Source: Gemmatimonadota bacterium (GTDB lineage Bacteria; Gemmatimonadota; Gemmatimonadetes; Longimicrobiales; Gaopeijiaceae). Taken from it: a stretch of 64,000 nucleotides of DNA. Below are positions 43,142 through 53,913 of the stretch, piece after piece (position 1 is the stretch's first letter; each line of letters starts with the position of its first letter). The notes beneath the pieces are model-generated. The model had not been told where the DNA came from. It saw nothing but the letters and a program-made list of their open reading frames with translations, and ran no database searches. Both the position numbers and the translations under genes were made by a program. Location: positions 5,138 through 69,137 of the forward strand of contig SKJY01000097.1 in NCBI GenBank assembly GCA_007121775.1. Direction: 5' to 3'.

Positions 43142-45081
43142 CTGGCCTCCTCCAGTGCGCGTTCCACCTCTTCCCACTCTTCCATAAGCTCGTCTACCTC
43201 CCGGGAGATTCGCTCCCGTTCTGCCTCCAGCACCCGGACCTCTTCCGGGTCGGCAGTCTGGAAGTAGCCGGGATCCGCAAAGGCCCCGTCGATCTCACCG
43301 AGACGCTCCTCCGCCTTCTCGATGCGTGCCGTCACGGTCCGGGACCGATCCCGTAGGCGGCTGACCCGGGCGGCGGCATCCCGCCCGCGGCGCCGAGCGT
43401 CCGGGGCACCCTTCCCATTGGATCCACTTCGCCTCCGGTCAGCTTCGTCCCGTCGCTCCTTCAGCACCACCTTATCGGCGTCCAGGTGGTCATGGCCCCG
43501 CCGCTCCACATACTCCTGGTAGCGCCCACGATAGTCCCTGAAACCCTCAGGGGTGATCTCCAGGATCCGGGTCGCCAGCTGTTCCACGAACCACCGATCG
43601 TGGGAGACGAAGAGGAGCGTGCCCTCAAAGCTGTCCAGCCCCTCCACCAGGGCTTCGATGGCCTCCATGTCCAGATGGTTGGTGGGCTCATCCAGCACCA
43701 GGACGTTGGGCCGATCCAGCGCCAGTCGACTGAAGACCAGGCGCGCCGCCTCTCCCCCTGACAGGGTCCCGACCTTGCGGAGAGCGTCATCCCCGGAGAA
43801 GAGCATGAGGGCCATGTGTCCCCGGACGAACCCCCGATCCCGACCGGGGCAGTGTCGCCAGATCCAGTCCTCGGCGGTCTGGTCCGGCTCCCCGAACCGC
43901 TCCCTGATGTTCTGGGAGAAGTAGCCGGGGTGGGTCTCATAGCCCCACTCCACCTCGCCGTCATCCGGATCCAGGTCCCCCACCAGGATCTTGAGGAGCG
44001 TCGACTTGCCGATCCCGTTGGGTCCCAGGATGGCCAGGCGATCGCCCCGGGCCACCTCCAGATCCACCCCGGGGAGCACCTCCCGATCGCCGAAGGACTT
44101 ACGGATTCCTCGTACCTTCAGGACGTCCTTCCCACTGGGACGTTGCGATTCGAACCGGAAGTTGGGATAGCGGCGGGAGCTCTCCGGAAGGTCTTCCAGC
44201 GCCTCGGATCGCTTCTCGATGAGCTTGAGCTTACTCTGAGCCTGTCGGGCCTTGCTGGCCTTGGCCCGGAACCGGTCCACGAAGCGCTGGTGGTGGGCGA
44301 TCTCCTTCTCCCGCCCGGCGATCTCCTTCCGGCGACGCTCCCGCTCCTCGGACTTCGCCGTGACGAAGTCCGAATACCCACCGGGGTAGAGCTGGACGGT
44401 CTCGTAGTCCACGTCCAGGATGTGGGTCGCCACATTGTCCAGGAACTGGTGGTCGTGGGAGATGACCACCAAAGGGCCCCGGACCTGACCCAGGAACTCC
44501 TCGAGCCAGCGGATGGAGAGAATATCCAGATGGTTGGTGGGCTCGTCCAGAAGCAGCACGTCCGGATTGCCGGCCAGAACCTGCGCCAGGAGAACCCTGA
44601 GCTTGAAGCCGCCTGAGAGGGTGGAGATGGGGTTCCGATGCACCTCGGACGGGATCCCGAGCCCTTCCAGGATAGTGGAGGCCCGTGCCTCGGCAGTGTA
44701 GCCATCGTGGAGCTGCACCACCTCTTCCACCCGAGCGTAGGCCTCGGCGTCGAAGCTCTCCTCGGCACGGGCCAGGATCCGCTCACGCTCCACCAATGCC
44801 TCCCAGAGCTCCTGGTTCCCCATGAGTGCCACATCCAGAATCGACTCCTCCTGGAAGGTGAAGTGATCCTGACGCAGGGTTCCCACCCGAAGTCGGGAAG
44901 GGATGGAGACTGCCCCCTCCGATGGGGCCATCTCGCCGGCCAGGATTTTCAGGAGCGTCGTCTTGCCGGAACCGTTGGCGCCCACAAGGCCGTACCGCTC
45001 TCCCGGATTCAACTGGAAGGACGCTCCGGAGAATAGGCTGCGGCCACCGAACCCCATGGCTAGATTGGAAACCGAGATCAT
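43138..45081 (-). CDS. ABC-F family ribosome-associated ATPase (YbiT/YheS-like)
   Basis: Two NBDs without TMD: GANGSGKTT/LSGG/LLDEPTNHLD and GPNGIGKST/LSGGE/DEPTNHLD; C-terminal coiled coil. Confidence 0.93.
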   Translation of the reverse strand: MISVSNLAMGFGGRSLFSGASFQLNPGERYGLVGANGSGKTTLLKILAGEMAPSEGAVSIPSRLRVGTLRQDHFTFQEESILDVALMGNQELWEALVERERILARAEESFDAEAYARVEEVVQLHDGYTAEARASTILEGLGIPSEVHRNPISTLSGGFKLRVLLAQVLAGNPDVLLLDEPTNHLDILSIRWLEEFLGQVRGPLVVISHDHQFLDNVATHILDVDYETVQLYPGGYSDFVTAKSEERERRRKEIAGREKEIAHHQRFVDRFRAKASKARQAQSKLKLIEKRSEALEDLPESSRRYPNFRFESQRPSGKDVLKVRGIRKSFGDREVLPGVDLEVARGDRLAILGPNGIGKSTLLKILVGDLDPDDGEVEWGYETHPGYFSQNIRERFGEPDQTAEDWIWRHCPGRDRGFVRGHMALMLFSGDDALRKVGTLSGGEAARLVFSRLALDRPNVLVLDEPTNHLDMEAIEALVEGLDSFEGTLLFVSHDRWFVEQLATRILEITPEGFRDYRGRYQEYVERRGHDHLDADKVVLKERRDEADRRRSGSNGKGAPDARRRGRDAAARVSRLRDRSRTVTARIEKAEERLGEIDGAFADPGYFQTADPEEVRVLEAERERISREVDELMEEWEEVERALEEAR

Positions 45082-45100
45082 CGCTTCGGTATTGCCCGGT

Positions 45101-45859
45101 CTACATGCTGATGGTATAGGGGAACCAGGAGGCCACGGTGTCGCTGCCACGCCTGGCGGGTTGGAAGAGCCACTGGGCGGCCTCCCGAATGAGTTGCTCG
45201 TTGAAGCGTCGGTCCGAGGTAGGCGGCTCGAGTCGGGTGGAGTCGGGAACCACCCGTCCCGCCTCATCCACGAAGACCCAGACCTCCACCTGCGTGCCCC
45301 GAAGACTCCGGTTCGTCGGCGGGATGATCATGCCACGGGGGGTGGGTGGAATAAGGCGGGTCAGCCCCTCGTCTCCAGTCCCCGCATCGCCGGCTCCGGT
45401 CGCGCCTGGGAGTCCGGTGGGCTCGTCGTCATCGTCTGAACCCACGGTGGCGCCGCCGGCCGGGTCCGGGACCTCCGGTTCCTCCAAGGCGATCTCCGGC
45501 GTTGCATCCGGCTCGGTCTCCGGGGGCTCGGGCACATCGAGCTCGAAGGTGGGGACCGGCGGCGGCTGGATGGGATCGGCGGGCGCCGCACTGAGCGCCA
45601 CCGCCCGCATGATCCCCTCCGCCGGATCTTCGTCCTGCTCCCTGGCTCCTGCGGCTGAGAAGGGTGAATCGGGCAACCCGCCCGAGGGCCAGAGGAGCAC
45701 CGCCAGGACATGCAGGATCAGAGAGGCAGCCCCGGCCCGGAACCAGACCCGCCTCTCCCCCTTCCGGCGCTCCCCAAGGTCAGGGCGCTCCTGGAGGGCG
45801 TTCCCGGGGGGGGGCTCTGTACCGTCGCCCCGTCGCCCCCCGATGGGCTCCCCTGCCAT
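45101..45859 (-). CDS. TonB-like protein
   Basis: Single TM with SxxxH (SLILH), Pro/Glu-rich spacer, TonB_C-like end (VEVWVFVDEAGRV..WLFQPA..W). Confidence 0.75.
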   Translation of the reverse strand: MAGEPIGGRRGDGTEPPPGNALQERPDLGERRKGERRVWFRAGAASLILHVLAVLLWPSGGLPDSPFSAAGAREQDEDPAEGIMRAVALSAAPADPIQPPPVPTFELDVPEPPETEPDATPEIALEEPEVPDPAGGATVGSDDDDEPTGLPGATGAGDAGTGDEGLTRLIPPTPRGMIIPPTNRSLRGTQVEVWVFVDEAGRVVPDSTRLEPPTSDRRFNEQLIREAAQWLFQPARRGSDTVASWFPYTISM

Positions 45860-45882
45860 CTCACCTCACTGCTTGAAGGAAT

Positions 45883-45909
45883 CCGGGGGGTGGAAACTCC
45901 ACCCCCCGG
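45883..45909 (-). terminator. Hairpin after the oxidase operon
   Basis: ccggggggtgga-aac-tccaccccccgg, 12-bp perfect stem. Confidence 0.55.
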
Positions 45910-45972
45910 CCTTCTAATACGATCCGGGACCCCGGATGGTTTCCCACTCCGACGAGGAGCGGAAACCGAGGA

Positions 45973-47655
45973 TCAGAAGAACCGATAAGGCGGCGAAGTG
46001 AAGGCCCCCGGCAGGTACGATGCGAAGAAGGGTCCGTAGGCGATGAGGACCAGGACCACCGCCGCGATGATCCAGTAGCGGAACCGGTCCAGCTTCACCT
46101 CCCAGCCAGTCTCCGCCGGCGCCTCATGCGTGACGGTGAAGGGGATGTCCGGCTCCCCTTCCGTCTTCTTTCCAAAGAGCACCGTTCCCGCCAACACGGC
46201 GAAAAAGAGAACCCCGCCGATGAACATGAGGGTCCCGCCCAGCCCGGTGAGAAGGCCCGCCAGCTCCCATCCTTCCTTGGTGTACGGAGCTTCCATGATG
46301 AGCGTGCGCCGGGGCATTCCGTCGAGACCTCCGGAGATGAGCCCCCTGGCCATCACCAGGACCCCGATGAAGTACACCCACGATGACAGCAGCGCCATCC
46401 CCTTCCCCACCAGCTCCCTGCGGGTCAGATACGGAATCAGCCAGTACGCGATACCGAAGAAGGACATGGTGACCGCCGAGCCCACCGTCATGTGGAAGTG
46501 ACCCGGCACCCAGGCCGTGTTGTGGATGGCCTGGTTCAGATTGTAGGAGGCGTTGATGAGACCGGTGGCTCCGCCCAGGGTGAAGCTGAGCATGGCCAGT
46601 AGCTGTGCCACCAGCGCCGGGTTCTTCCAGTCCAGCCGAGCGAACCAGTTCACGAGGCCGGAGCCCCCCCGGCGACGCCCTCCGATCTCCAGGGCGTACA
46701 TGACCGAGAAGGCCGTGACCAGAGAAGGGAAGAAGACGCCGAAGGTCAGACCGGCGTGGATGGCCTTCATCCCACCACTGATCCCCGGATCCGTGTACTG
46801 ATGGTGAAAGCCGGTGGGGATGGAGAGGAGGAGGAACATGATGAACACGACCCGCGTTAGGGGGTCGCTGAAGAGCTTGCCTCCGGCATGCCGGGGGACC
46901 ATCACGTACCAGGACACGTAGGCCGGCAGGAGCCAGAAGTACACGATGGGGTGGCCGCTGAACCAGAAGAGGGTCCGGGTCAGGAGGGGGTCCACCGTGG
47001 CCACCAGGCCCAGTGACCAGGGTAGGAGGATGCCCACTACCGAAACGGCGATTCCCAGCGACGCCAGTACCCACATCCCGTAGGTAGCCACCGAGATGTA
47101 GGCCATGAGGGGAATCCGCTTGCCGGGATTCTCCCTCCGCCACCCCGCCAGGGCGACAAAGAGGATCCCCGCCGTCACCCAGGTGCTGACGACCAGGAGT
47201 ACGAGCCCCAGGTAGAAGCTCCAGTGGGCCTGCAATGGGGAGTAGAAGGTGTACAGGACAGAGGCCCGTCCCGTGCCGATGGAGAACCCCGCCAGCGCGA
47301 ACCCCGCCACCATGAGGCCAAACACCACCCACAGCGCCGCTAGGGGGAGCTGCCTGGCCAGTGCCCGGGAAGTGGTGAGGGCCAGGAAGCCGTTGGTGAA
47401 GGCGAAGGTGAAGACGATGGCGTTCACCACCCCGTGGACCGTCAGCCCCTGGTAGTAGTCGCGCATCCCCGGGAAGTACTGGAGGATGTCGATGCGGGCG
47501 TAGTTGAGCGCCTGACCGAGACCGTTGATGATCCCGATGGCCAGGGCCGCGAACCCCAGGTAGATCATCCAGGCGATGACACGACGGTGACCGTCGCCCA
47601 GGTGGAACCCGTCGGGGCTCTCCACCACAGGAGCATTGAAGGTTGAGGTATTCAT
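45973..47655 (-). CDS. cbaA: b(o/a)3-type (B-family) cytochrome c oxidase subunit I
   Basis: YYQGLTVHG, LFWFSGHPIVYFWLLPAY, GFHHQY, WVPGHFH, GMPRR. Confidence 0.94.
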   Translation of the reverse strand: MNTSTFNAPVVESPDGFHLGDGHRRVIAWMIYLGFAALAIGIINGLGQALNYARIDILQYFPGMRDYYQGLTVHGVVNAIVFTFAFTNGFLALTTSRALARQLPLAALWVVFGLMVAGFALAGFSIGTGRASVLYTFYSPLQAHWSFYLGLVLLVVSTWVTAGILFVALAGWRRENPGKRIPLMAYISVATYGMWVLASLGIAVSVVGILLPWSLGLVATVDPLLTRTLFWFSGHPIVYFWLLPAYVSWYVMVPRHAGGKLFSDPLTRVVFIMFLLLSIPTGFHHQYTDPGISGGMKAIHAGLTFGVFFPSLVTAFSVMYALEIGGRRRGGSGLVNWFARLDWKNPALVAQLLAMLSFTLGGATGLINASYNLNQAIHNTAWVPGHFHMTVGSAVTMSFFGIAYWLIPYLTRRELVGKGMALLSSWVYFIGVLVMARGLISGGLDGMPRRTLIMEAPYTKEGWELAGLLTGLGGTLMFIGGVLFFAVLAGTVLFGKKTEGEPDIPFTVTHEAPAETGWEVKLDRFRYWIIAAVVLVLIAYGPFFASYLPGAFTSPPYRFF

Positions 47656-48119
47656 TCGACGATCACCCTGGCATACATGAGATGGTGTCCGGCACCACAG
47701 AATTCATGACAGATGATGAGGTGTTCCCCAGGTTCCCGGAACGTGTAGCTCTGGCGGGCCACCTGGCCGGGAATGAGCATGAAGTTCACGCGAGTCCCCT
47801 CCACATGGAATCCGTGGATCACATCGGTGGCCGTGGCGATGAAGGTCACCTCCGAGCCTGCCGGCACCGTGATCTCCCGGGGCTGGAAGCCCCAGGCAAA
47901 CCCCAGGAAGACCGCCTCATACTGTCCCTCACCCACCTCCCGGAGCCCCGGTTCGTCGAAGGGGGCGGTTTGCCTTACCTCGCGGGGATCCACCGTTGCC
48001 TCCACCCCGGGCAGGTGCATCCCCATCCCATAGGCCGAATAGAAGAGCGCCAGGAGGAAGACCAGGAGCATGGAGGCGCAGAGGGAGAGGAACACCATCT
48101 CCACTTTCTTGACGTTCAT
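47652..48119 (-). CDS. cbaB: ba3-type oxidase subunit II (CuA)
   Basis: One TM helix; DVIHGF and CHEFCGAGHHLM CuA motif; ATGA overlap with subunit I. Confidence 0.94.
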   Translation of the reverse strand: MNVKKVEMVFLSLCASMLLVFLLALFYSAYGMGMHLPGVEATVDPREVRQTAPFDEPGLREVGEGQYEAVFLGFAWGFQPREITVPAGSEVTFIATATDVIHGFHVEGTRVNFMLIPGQVARQSYTFREPGEHLIICHEFCGAGHHLMYARVIVE

Positions 48120-48123
48120 CCCA

Positions 48124-48276
48124 TTACCTCCCGATGAACTCGAAGTAGATGGAAAGCCACATCCCGGCCATGGCCATGATGTAGAGCATGAGGAGGAAGA
48201 GGGTGCCGGTGGGCGGAGGGAGCGTCTCGTCCTGCTCCCCCTGCGGCTGGCTTCCGGTGGAAGACTCGGGGGTCAT
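48124..48276 (-). CDS. cbaD: ba3-type oxidase subunit IIa (50 aa, not in ORF track)
   Basis: Hand translation MTPESSTGSQPQGEQDETLPPPTGTLFLLMLYIMAMAGMWLSIYFEFIGR*; PxGTL..W..Y..F..R single-TM pattern; stops 4 nt before cbaB. Confidence 0.85.
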   Translation of the reverse strand: MTPESSTGSQPQGEQDETLPPPTGTLFLLMLYIMAMAGMWLSIYFEFIGR

Positions 48277-48319
48277 GAATACGCACTCTGATGGGGAATC
48301 GTGAAGGGAGTGGGACGTC

Positions 48320-48565
48320 TCACTCCCAGGGCAGGCGGCTCTGGAGATACCGGGCCATCAGCCAGGCAAAACCAACGAAGACGCCCAGCACAGCAAGGGC
48401 CAGGAGGAAGAGGCCTCCCTCAACCGGGCGCCCCGCCATGAAGTCGCTGAGGGTGCCCCAGATCAGCAGGCTCATGGCCGATCCGGCGACGAAGAAGACG
48501 GTGAGCACAAGGGCAAACCCCAGGGGGGAAAACGAGGAACCGTTGGGGCTGGACGAAGAGGCCAT
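48320..48565 (-). CDS. Small two-TM membrane protein, first gene of the oxidase operon
   Basis: Two hydrophobic helices (FALVLTVFFVAGSAMSLLIW; LFLLALAVLGVFVGFAWLM); co-oriented with the cba genes. Confidence 0.7.
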   Translation of the reverse strand: MASSSSPNGSSFSPLGFALVLTVFFVAGSAMSLLIWGTLSDFMAGRPVEGGLFLLALAVLGVFVGFAWLMARYLQSRLPWE

Positions 48566-48851
48566 GGGATGGGAGGTCGGGTCAGGATGGAAGACTCGGG
48601 GAACTTTGATCACGCAGGATCCGCCCCCCGATCAGGGATGGTCGGGACCGACTCCGGAACCGGGTTCCCCCCCGAAAGTAAGACCAATTCCTGTTGGCGC
48701 AAGGAAGAATTCCTGCCAGGATCGCACCGCTTGCGCCCCCTCCCACCTCCCACGAACTTTCCCAGGCCCCGGAGCTGTCCCGCCCCGCCTTCGGGTGAGC
48801 CGGGCAACCCCCGGCGCCGCCCCGACCCCCCCTCCCAGAACCCCCTCGGTC

Positions 48852-49793
48852 ATGGCATCCGCTGACGCCTCCCCCACCGAAGCGCCCTCCCCGGGCGCCG
48901 ACAGCACAGCCACTTCGGTGGTGTCGGAGAGTGGTCGCGTCCGGGCATTCTATGAACTGACCAAGCCCGGGATCGCCGGCTTCGTCATGATGACGGCGGG
49001 GGTCTCCTACTTCGTGGCCGCAGGGGGGGAGGCGGCGCTGCTTCCGGTGCTCCACACCCTTCTGGGAACAGTGCTGGCCACCGGGGGAGCTCTGGCCCTC
49101 AATCAGTATCTGGAGCGGGATCTGGACCGCCTCATGTTCCGGACCCGGCGTCGACCCATCCCTTCCGGACGCGTCTCCCCCACGGAAGCCCTGCTCTTCG
49201 GGGGCCTCCTCCTGATCCTGGGAACGGGATACCTACTGGGAACGCTAGGCTGGCTCCCGGCGGCGCTGACCCTCTTTTCGGCGGCGGCTTACAACCTAGC
49301 GTATACCCCGCTCAAATCACGCTCCTACTCGGCGACGCTGGTGGGAGCGATTCCAGGCGCCATGCCCGCTCTCATCGGGTGGAGCGCTGCAACCGGGACC
49401 GTTACCCTGGGCGGTCTCGTGCTCTTCGCCATCGCCTTTCTCTGGCAGCTCCCCCACGTTCTGGCCCTGGCATGGCTCCTTCGGGAAGACTACGCCCGGG
49501 CCGGTTTCTACCTGACGCCGCCGGCCGACCGCGACGGGCGAATCATCGCCCGCCAGATGGTGCTCTACACGGCTGCCCTTCTTCCTGTGAGCCTGGTGCC
49601 CACCCTCATCCAGCTCACCGGGTGGATCTACTTCACCGGAGCTCTGGTGCTGGGCGCCATTCTGCTGGTCTGGACACTCCAGGCCGCACGGACCATGGAG
49701 AGGGTCGCCCTGAGGAAGGTCTTCCTGGGATCCCTGGGCTACCAGCCCGTGCTCCTGGGGTTCATGCTTATCGATACCCTCCCCCGGGGCTGA
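48852..49793 (+). CDS. ctaB: Heme O synthase (protoheme IX farnesyltransferase)
   Basis: ELTKPGI, NQYLERDLDRLMFRTRRRPIPSG, YTPLK, GAIPGAMP, FLWQLPH, REDYARAG. Confidence 0.95.
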   Translation: MASADASPTEAPSPGADSTATSVVSESGRVRAFYELTKPGIAGFVMMTAGVSYFVAAGGEAALLPVLHTLLGTVLATGGALALNQYLERDLDRLMFRTRRRPIPSGRVSPTEALLFGGLLLILGTGYLLGTLGWLPAALTLFSAAAYNLAYTPLKSRSYSATLVGAIPGAMPALIGWSAATGTVTLGGLVLFAIAFLWQLPHVLALAWLLREDYARAGFYLTPPADRDGRIIARQMVLYTAALLPVSLVPTLIQLTGWIYFTGALVLGAILLVWTLQAARTMERVALRKVFLGSLGYQPVLLGFMLIDTLPRG

Positions 49794-49855
49794 GGGCCGC
49801 GGTTGGCCATGGAACGCCCCGGGAACCCCAATCCAGATCCGGAGCCTCCCGATCC

Positions 49856-51154
49856 ATGCGCACAGAAGCCACCTACCAACGGACCGTGGACCTTGACCAG
49901 AGCGCCCGAGGGGCCACCCCCCTCCCCATTCTCCGGGTCCCCATCGTCTCCGGCCTCGTTCGCGGTCCCCTCGTGGTGGCCCTCCTTCCTCTCCTCATCA
50001 TGGGAGGCACGGTCGTTCTGGACGCACCCCACCTCCACGCCCAGGCCCAGACAGAGGTACAGATGGCGGAGATGAGCGGCGAGGATCGCCCCCGCGCCCG
50101 GGACCTGGGCCTCTCCATCGGCATCTTCTCGCCCGGTGAGGCCAACGCCATCACGGATGTGGAGGGCGTGCTGGTGGGACAGACCACCGTGGTCGAAGGG
50201 GACTCGGTCCGCACTGGAGTCACAGCCATCCTTCCCCACTCCGGCGACCTCTTCCGGGAACGCGTCCCCGCCGCCATCCATGTGGGCAACGGGTTCGGGA
50301 AGCTGGTGGGGGTGACCCAGGTCCGGGAGCTTGGAGAGCTGGAGACTCCCATCCTCCTCACCTGTACCCTCTGCGTGTGGCAGGCCGCCGACGCCATGGT
50401 AGAGTGGCTCCTGGCCCGTCCCGGGATGGAGGGGGTTCGCTCCATCAACCCTCTGGTGGGCGAAACCAACGACGGAGGACTGAATGATATCCGGGCGCGC
50501 CCCATCCGCGCTGAGCACGTGGTTGCGGCGCTGGAGGGGGCCACCACCGGTGCGGTGGAGGAAGGGTCGGTGGGGGCCGGCACGGGAACCCGGGCCTTCG
50601 GATGGAAGGGGGGGATCGGCACATCTTCCCGGGTCCTCCCCGAGTCCCTCGGGGGCTACCGGGTGGGAGTCCTGGTTCAGTCCAACTTCGGAGGGCTCCT
50701 CACCGTGGACGGAGTACGGGTTGGAGAAGCGCTGGGTCGCTACTCATTCCGGGGCGATGTGGAGGCCGACGAGGGTGACGGGTCCATCATGATCGTCATC
50801 GCCACCGACGCCCCCCTCTCGGACCGGAATCTGGAACGCCTTGCGTCAAGGGCCATGATGGGGCTCGCTCGGACCGGATCCTTCGCCGGAAACGGCTCCG
50901 GAGACTACATCGTGGCCTTCTCCACGGCCCCGGAGGTACGGCGAACCCCGGGAGAGGCGCTTCCCACGGTGGCGGACCTGGCCAATTCTGCCACCTCACC
51001 CCTATTCCAGGCGGTGGTGGAGGCCACAGAGGAGGCGGTCCTCAATTCGGTCCTGAAGGCCGAAACCGTCCAGGGCGTCGGAGGTAGCACGGCGGAGGGA
51101 ATCCCCATCACCGAGGTGGTTCGCCTTCTCAGGGAAGCCGGCCGGATCCCCTGA
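49856..51154 (+). CDS. dmpA: DmpA/P1-family (S58) L-aminopeptidase/D-amidase, probably exported
   Basis: NAITDVEGVLVG, TGVTAILP, NGFGK, GETNDG, GAGTG, KGGIGTSSR, VQSNFG, autocleavage GDGSIMIVIATDAP; start uncertain. Confidence 0.88.
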   Translation: MRTEATYQRTVDLDQSARGATPLPILRVPIVSGLVRGPLVVALLPLLIMGGTVVLDAPHLHAQAQTEVQMAEMSGEDRPRARDLGLSIGIFSPGEANAITDVEGVLVGQTTVVEGDSVRTGVTAILPHSGDLFRERVPAAIHVGNGFGKLVGVTQVRELGELETPILLTCTLCVWQAADAMVEWLLARPGMEGVRSINPLVGETNDGGLNDIRARPIRAEHVVAALEGATTGAVEEGSVGAGTGTRAFGWKGGIGTSSRVLPESLGGYRVGVLVQSNFGGLLTVDGVRVGEALGRYSFRGDVEADEGDGSIMIVIATDAPLSDRNLERLASRAMMGLARTGSFAGNGSGDYIVAFSTAPEVRRTPGEALPTVADLANSATSPLFQAVVEATEEAVLNSVLKAETVQGVGGSTAEGIPITEVVRLLREAGRIP

Positions 51155-51188
51155 CCCACCACCAGTCATGCATGGTGGGCTCGCCCTG

Positions 51189-51728
51189 TCAGCGCCGACC
51201 CGCTCCCGCGGGTGTCCCCAGGAGCGAGAGGATCTCCTCCACGGTGCTTCGGCCCCGGTCCCGGGCGTACCAGCGCCGGACCTCCAGGTAGCGCTCGTCC
51301 ACCGGGAGCTTGAGACCCTCCTCCTTGACCCACCGCTGGAGTTCGGTGGGACGGGGACCCCACCAGCCCACCTCCCGGAAGTCGTCGGTATAGGCAATGA
51401 CCACCGGAATGGACCGAGCCGTCCCATCGGTGAGATGGGCGTCCATGAGATCCGGATTCCCGTCCCGGGAGAAGACGCGGAGTTCCACCTCCGGCATCAT
51501 CTCCGCCAACCTAGCCACCCAGACCAGTGAGTTCACCGCGTCGCCGCACCAGTCTTCCGTAAGCACCGCCAGCTTCCAACTTCCCTCCACGGTCCGGACC
51601 TGCTCCAGAAGATCCATAGGGAGCGCGGCGCGCTCGAAGAGACCGTGCCAGAGGTCCCTGTTCGCCTTCACCTCCCGGAGATATTGGGGGAAGGTGGGGG
51701 CGGCGGCATATCGCTCAGCGGTCATCAT
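51189..51728 (-). CDS. Thioredoxin-like protein (single-Cys WCGD motif)
   Basis: LTEDWCGDA, RDGNPDLMDAHLT, RSIPV, WGPRP. Confidence 0.88.
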   Translation of the reverse strand: MMTAERYAAAPTFPQYLREVKANRDLWHGLFERAALPMDLLEQVRTVEGSWKLAVLTEDWCGDAVNSLVWVARLAEMMPEVELRVFSRDGNPDLMDAHLTDGTARSIPVVIAYTDDFREVGWWGPRPTELQRWVKEEGLKLPVDERYLEVRRWYARDRGRSTVEEILSLLGTPAGAGRR

Positions 51729-51777
51729 GGTCAATCAACTCCATCTGTTCGCAACGAATCCGGGCCAGGAGGCGACC

Positions 51778-53619
51778 TCAACCGGCGGCGGCCTGGGCCT
51801 TCTGTGCCTTCTTCCGGCGATTGGCGTCCAACTCCTTCTTTCGGAGACGGATAGCGTCCGGGGTCACCTCAATGAGCTCGTCATCGTCGATGAATTCGAG
51901 GGCCAGCTCCAACGTCAGGACCCGGGGCGGCTCCAGACGGATGTTGTCGTCGGAGCCGGCGGCCCGCATGTTGGTGAGCTTCTTCCCCTTCCCCACATTC
52001 ACATCCAGATCGCCGGGGCGCACGTGCTCCCCCACGATCATCCCGGTGTAGACCCGGGCTGCCGGACCGATGAACATGCTACCCCGTTCCTGTAGGTTGA
52101 ACAGGGCATAGGCCAGTGCCTCCGTCTCCCGGTCCGCCACCAGCACCCCCTTCCTGCGGCCCTGGATCGGGCCCGCGTGGGGGGCATACTCCAGGAAGTG
52201 GTGGTTCAGAACCCCCTCCCCACGGGTGTCGGTGAGGAATTCGGAACGGTACCCGAAGAGTCCCCGGGCCGGGATACGGAATACAAGGCGGGTGGTGCCG
52301 GTGCCGGTGGCCCGCATGTCTCGCATCTCTCCCCGCCGGGGCCCGAGGCGCTCCATCACGGTCCCGACCATATCATCAGGGACATCGATGAGTACCTCCT
52401 CGTAGGGCTCCAAGCGGGTGCCGTCCGGCCCCCGCTTCTCGATCACCCGGGGCCGCGACACCTGGAACTCGTATCCCTCTCGGCGCATGGTCTCCATGAG
52501 GATGGAGAGGTGGAGTTCGCCCCGCCCCGATACCGAAAAGGTGTCGGTCTGGTCGGTGTCCTCAACCCGGAGTGCCACATTCCGCTCCAACTCCCGCATG
52601 AGGCGGTCTCGGAGCTGGCGGGTTGTGACGAACTTCCCCACCTGCCCGGCAAAGGGGGAGTTGTTCACGGTGAAATCCACCGAAAGGGTGGGCTCTTCCA
52701 CCTGGATCCCCCGAAGTCGCTCCCGGTGCAGGGGATCGGTGAGGGTCTGGCCGATCTCCACCTCCTCGATCCCGGAGAGGGCCACAATGTCCCCGGCTTC
52801 GACCTCGTTGACCTCAACCCGCTCGAGCCCCTGGAAGGAAAAGAGCTTGGTCACCCGGGCCCGACGGCTCTCCGCCTCCGCCACCGGTCCCGGCTCGCCG
52901 AAGGGGAGGAGCGCGACGGAATCGCCCTTGGCGACGCGCCCCCGCTCCACCCGACCGATGGCAATCCGCCCCACATAGCTGGAGTGATCCAGGGTGGAGA
53001 CCAGCATCTGGAACGGGCCGGCAGCATCTGCAGTGGGAGCGGGAACGTACTCCAGAATAGCGTCGAACAGGGGACCCAGCGAATCACCCCTCACCCCCGG
53101 CTCTGTCGCCGCCCACCCGTCCAGCCCCGAGGCATACAGGAAGGGGGCGTCAAGCTGCCGGTCCGAGGCCTCAAGCTCCATGAAGAGCTCCAGAACCTCA
53201 TCGTAGACCTCCTGGGGACGACTGGCGTCCCGGTCCACCTTGTTGATGACCACCACTGGCATGTGGCCCAGCTCCAGCGCCTTCCGGGTGACGAACCGGG
53301 TCTGGGGCATGGGCCCCTCAACGGCGTCCACCAACAGGAGAACGCCGTCGACCATCCGGAGAATTCGCTCTACCTCGCCACCGAAGTCAGCGTGTCCCGG
53401 AGTATCGACGATGTTGATCTTCACGTCGCCCCACCGAACCGCCGTATTCTTGGACAGGATGGTGATCCCCCGCTCCCGCTCAAGGGGATTGGAGTCCATG
53501 ATCCGCTCCTGGACCTCCTGGTTGTCCCGGAAGACCCCGGCTTGGCGGAGCATCTTGTCCACCAGAGTGGTCTTGCCGTGGTCCACGTGGGCGATGATGG
53601 CGATGTTTCGAATATCCAT
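51778..53619 (-). CDS. typA: Translational GTPase TypA/BipA
   Basis: [66 protein letters not shown]. Confidence 0.97.
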   Translation of the reverse strand: MDIRNIAIIAHVDHGKTTLVDKMLRQAGVFRDNQEVQERIMDSNPLERERGITILSKNTAVRWGDVKINIVDTPGHADFGGEVERILRMVDGVLLLVDAVEGPMPQTRFVTRKALELGHMPVVVINKVDRDASRPQEVYDEVLELFMELEASDRQLDAPFLYASGLDGWAATEPGVRGDSLGPLFDAILEYVPAPTADAAGPFQMLVSTLDHSSYVGRIAIGRVERGRVAKGDSVALLPFGEPGPVAEAESRRARVTKLFSFQGLERVEVNEVEAGDIVALSGIEEVEIGQTLTDPLHRERLRGIQVEEPTLSVDFTVNNSPFAGQVGKFVTTRQLRDRLMRELERNVALRVEDTDQTDTFSVSGRGELHLSILMETMRREGYEFQVSRPRVIEKRGPDGTRLEPYEEVLIDVPDDMVGTVMERLGPRRGEMRDMRATGTGTTRLVFRIPARGLFGYRSEFLTDTRGEGVLNHHFLEYAPHAGPIQGRRKGVLVADRETEALAYALFNLQERGSMFIGPAARVYTGMIVGEHVRPGDLDVNVGKGKKLTNMRAAGSDDNIRLEPPRVLTLELALEFIDDDELIEVTPDAIRLRKKELDANRRKKAQKAQAAAG

Positions 53620-53913
53620 ATGACTAACAGGCGCGGCGCGGGCCGGGGGAGGTGGACTCGGAGCCAAAAAGCGTCCGGAGCGTAGCCATTTATAGTAACC
53701 CCGAAGAACCAAAAAAGGCACCCGATCTACACCGGCCGGCCCACGGGAGCGAACCCATCGCCAGGTCCATGGATACCAGGCATTGGACTCCGCCCTCTAC
53801 CTCTGTCATCTTTGGTGCCAGCGGCGGAAGGGCTCCGGACGGCCCCACCGCCTCGGCGGGACGGTGGCTCAGCCTCCGGGTCCCGGTCTCATCCGTCCGG
53901 GCAAGGACGCACC

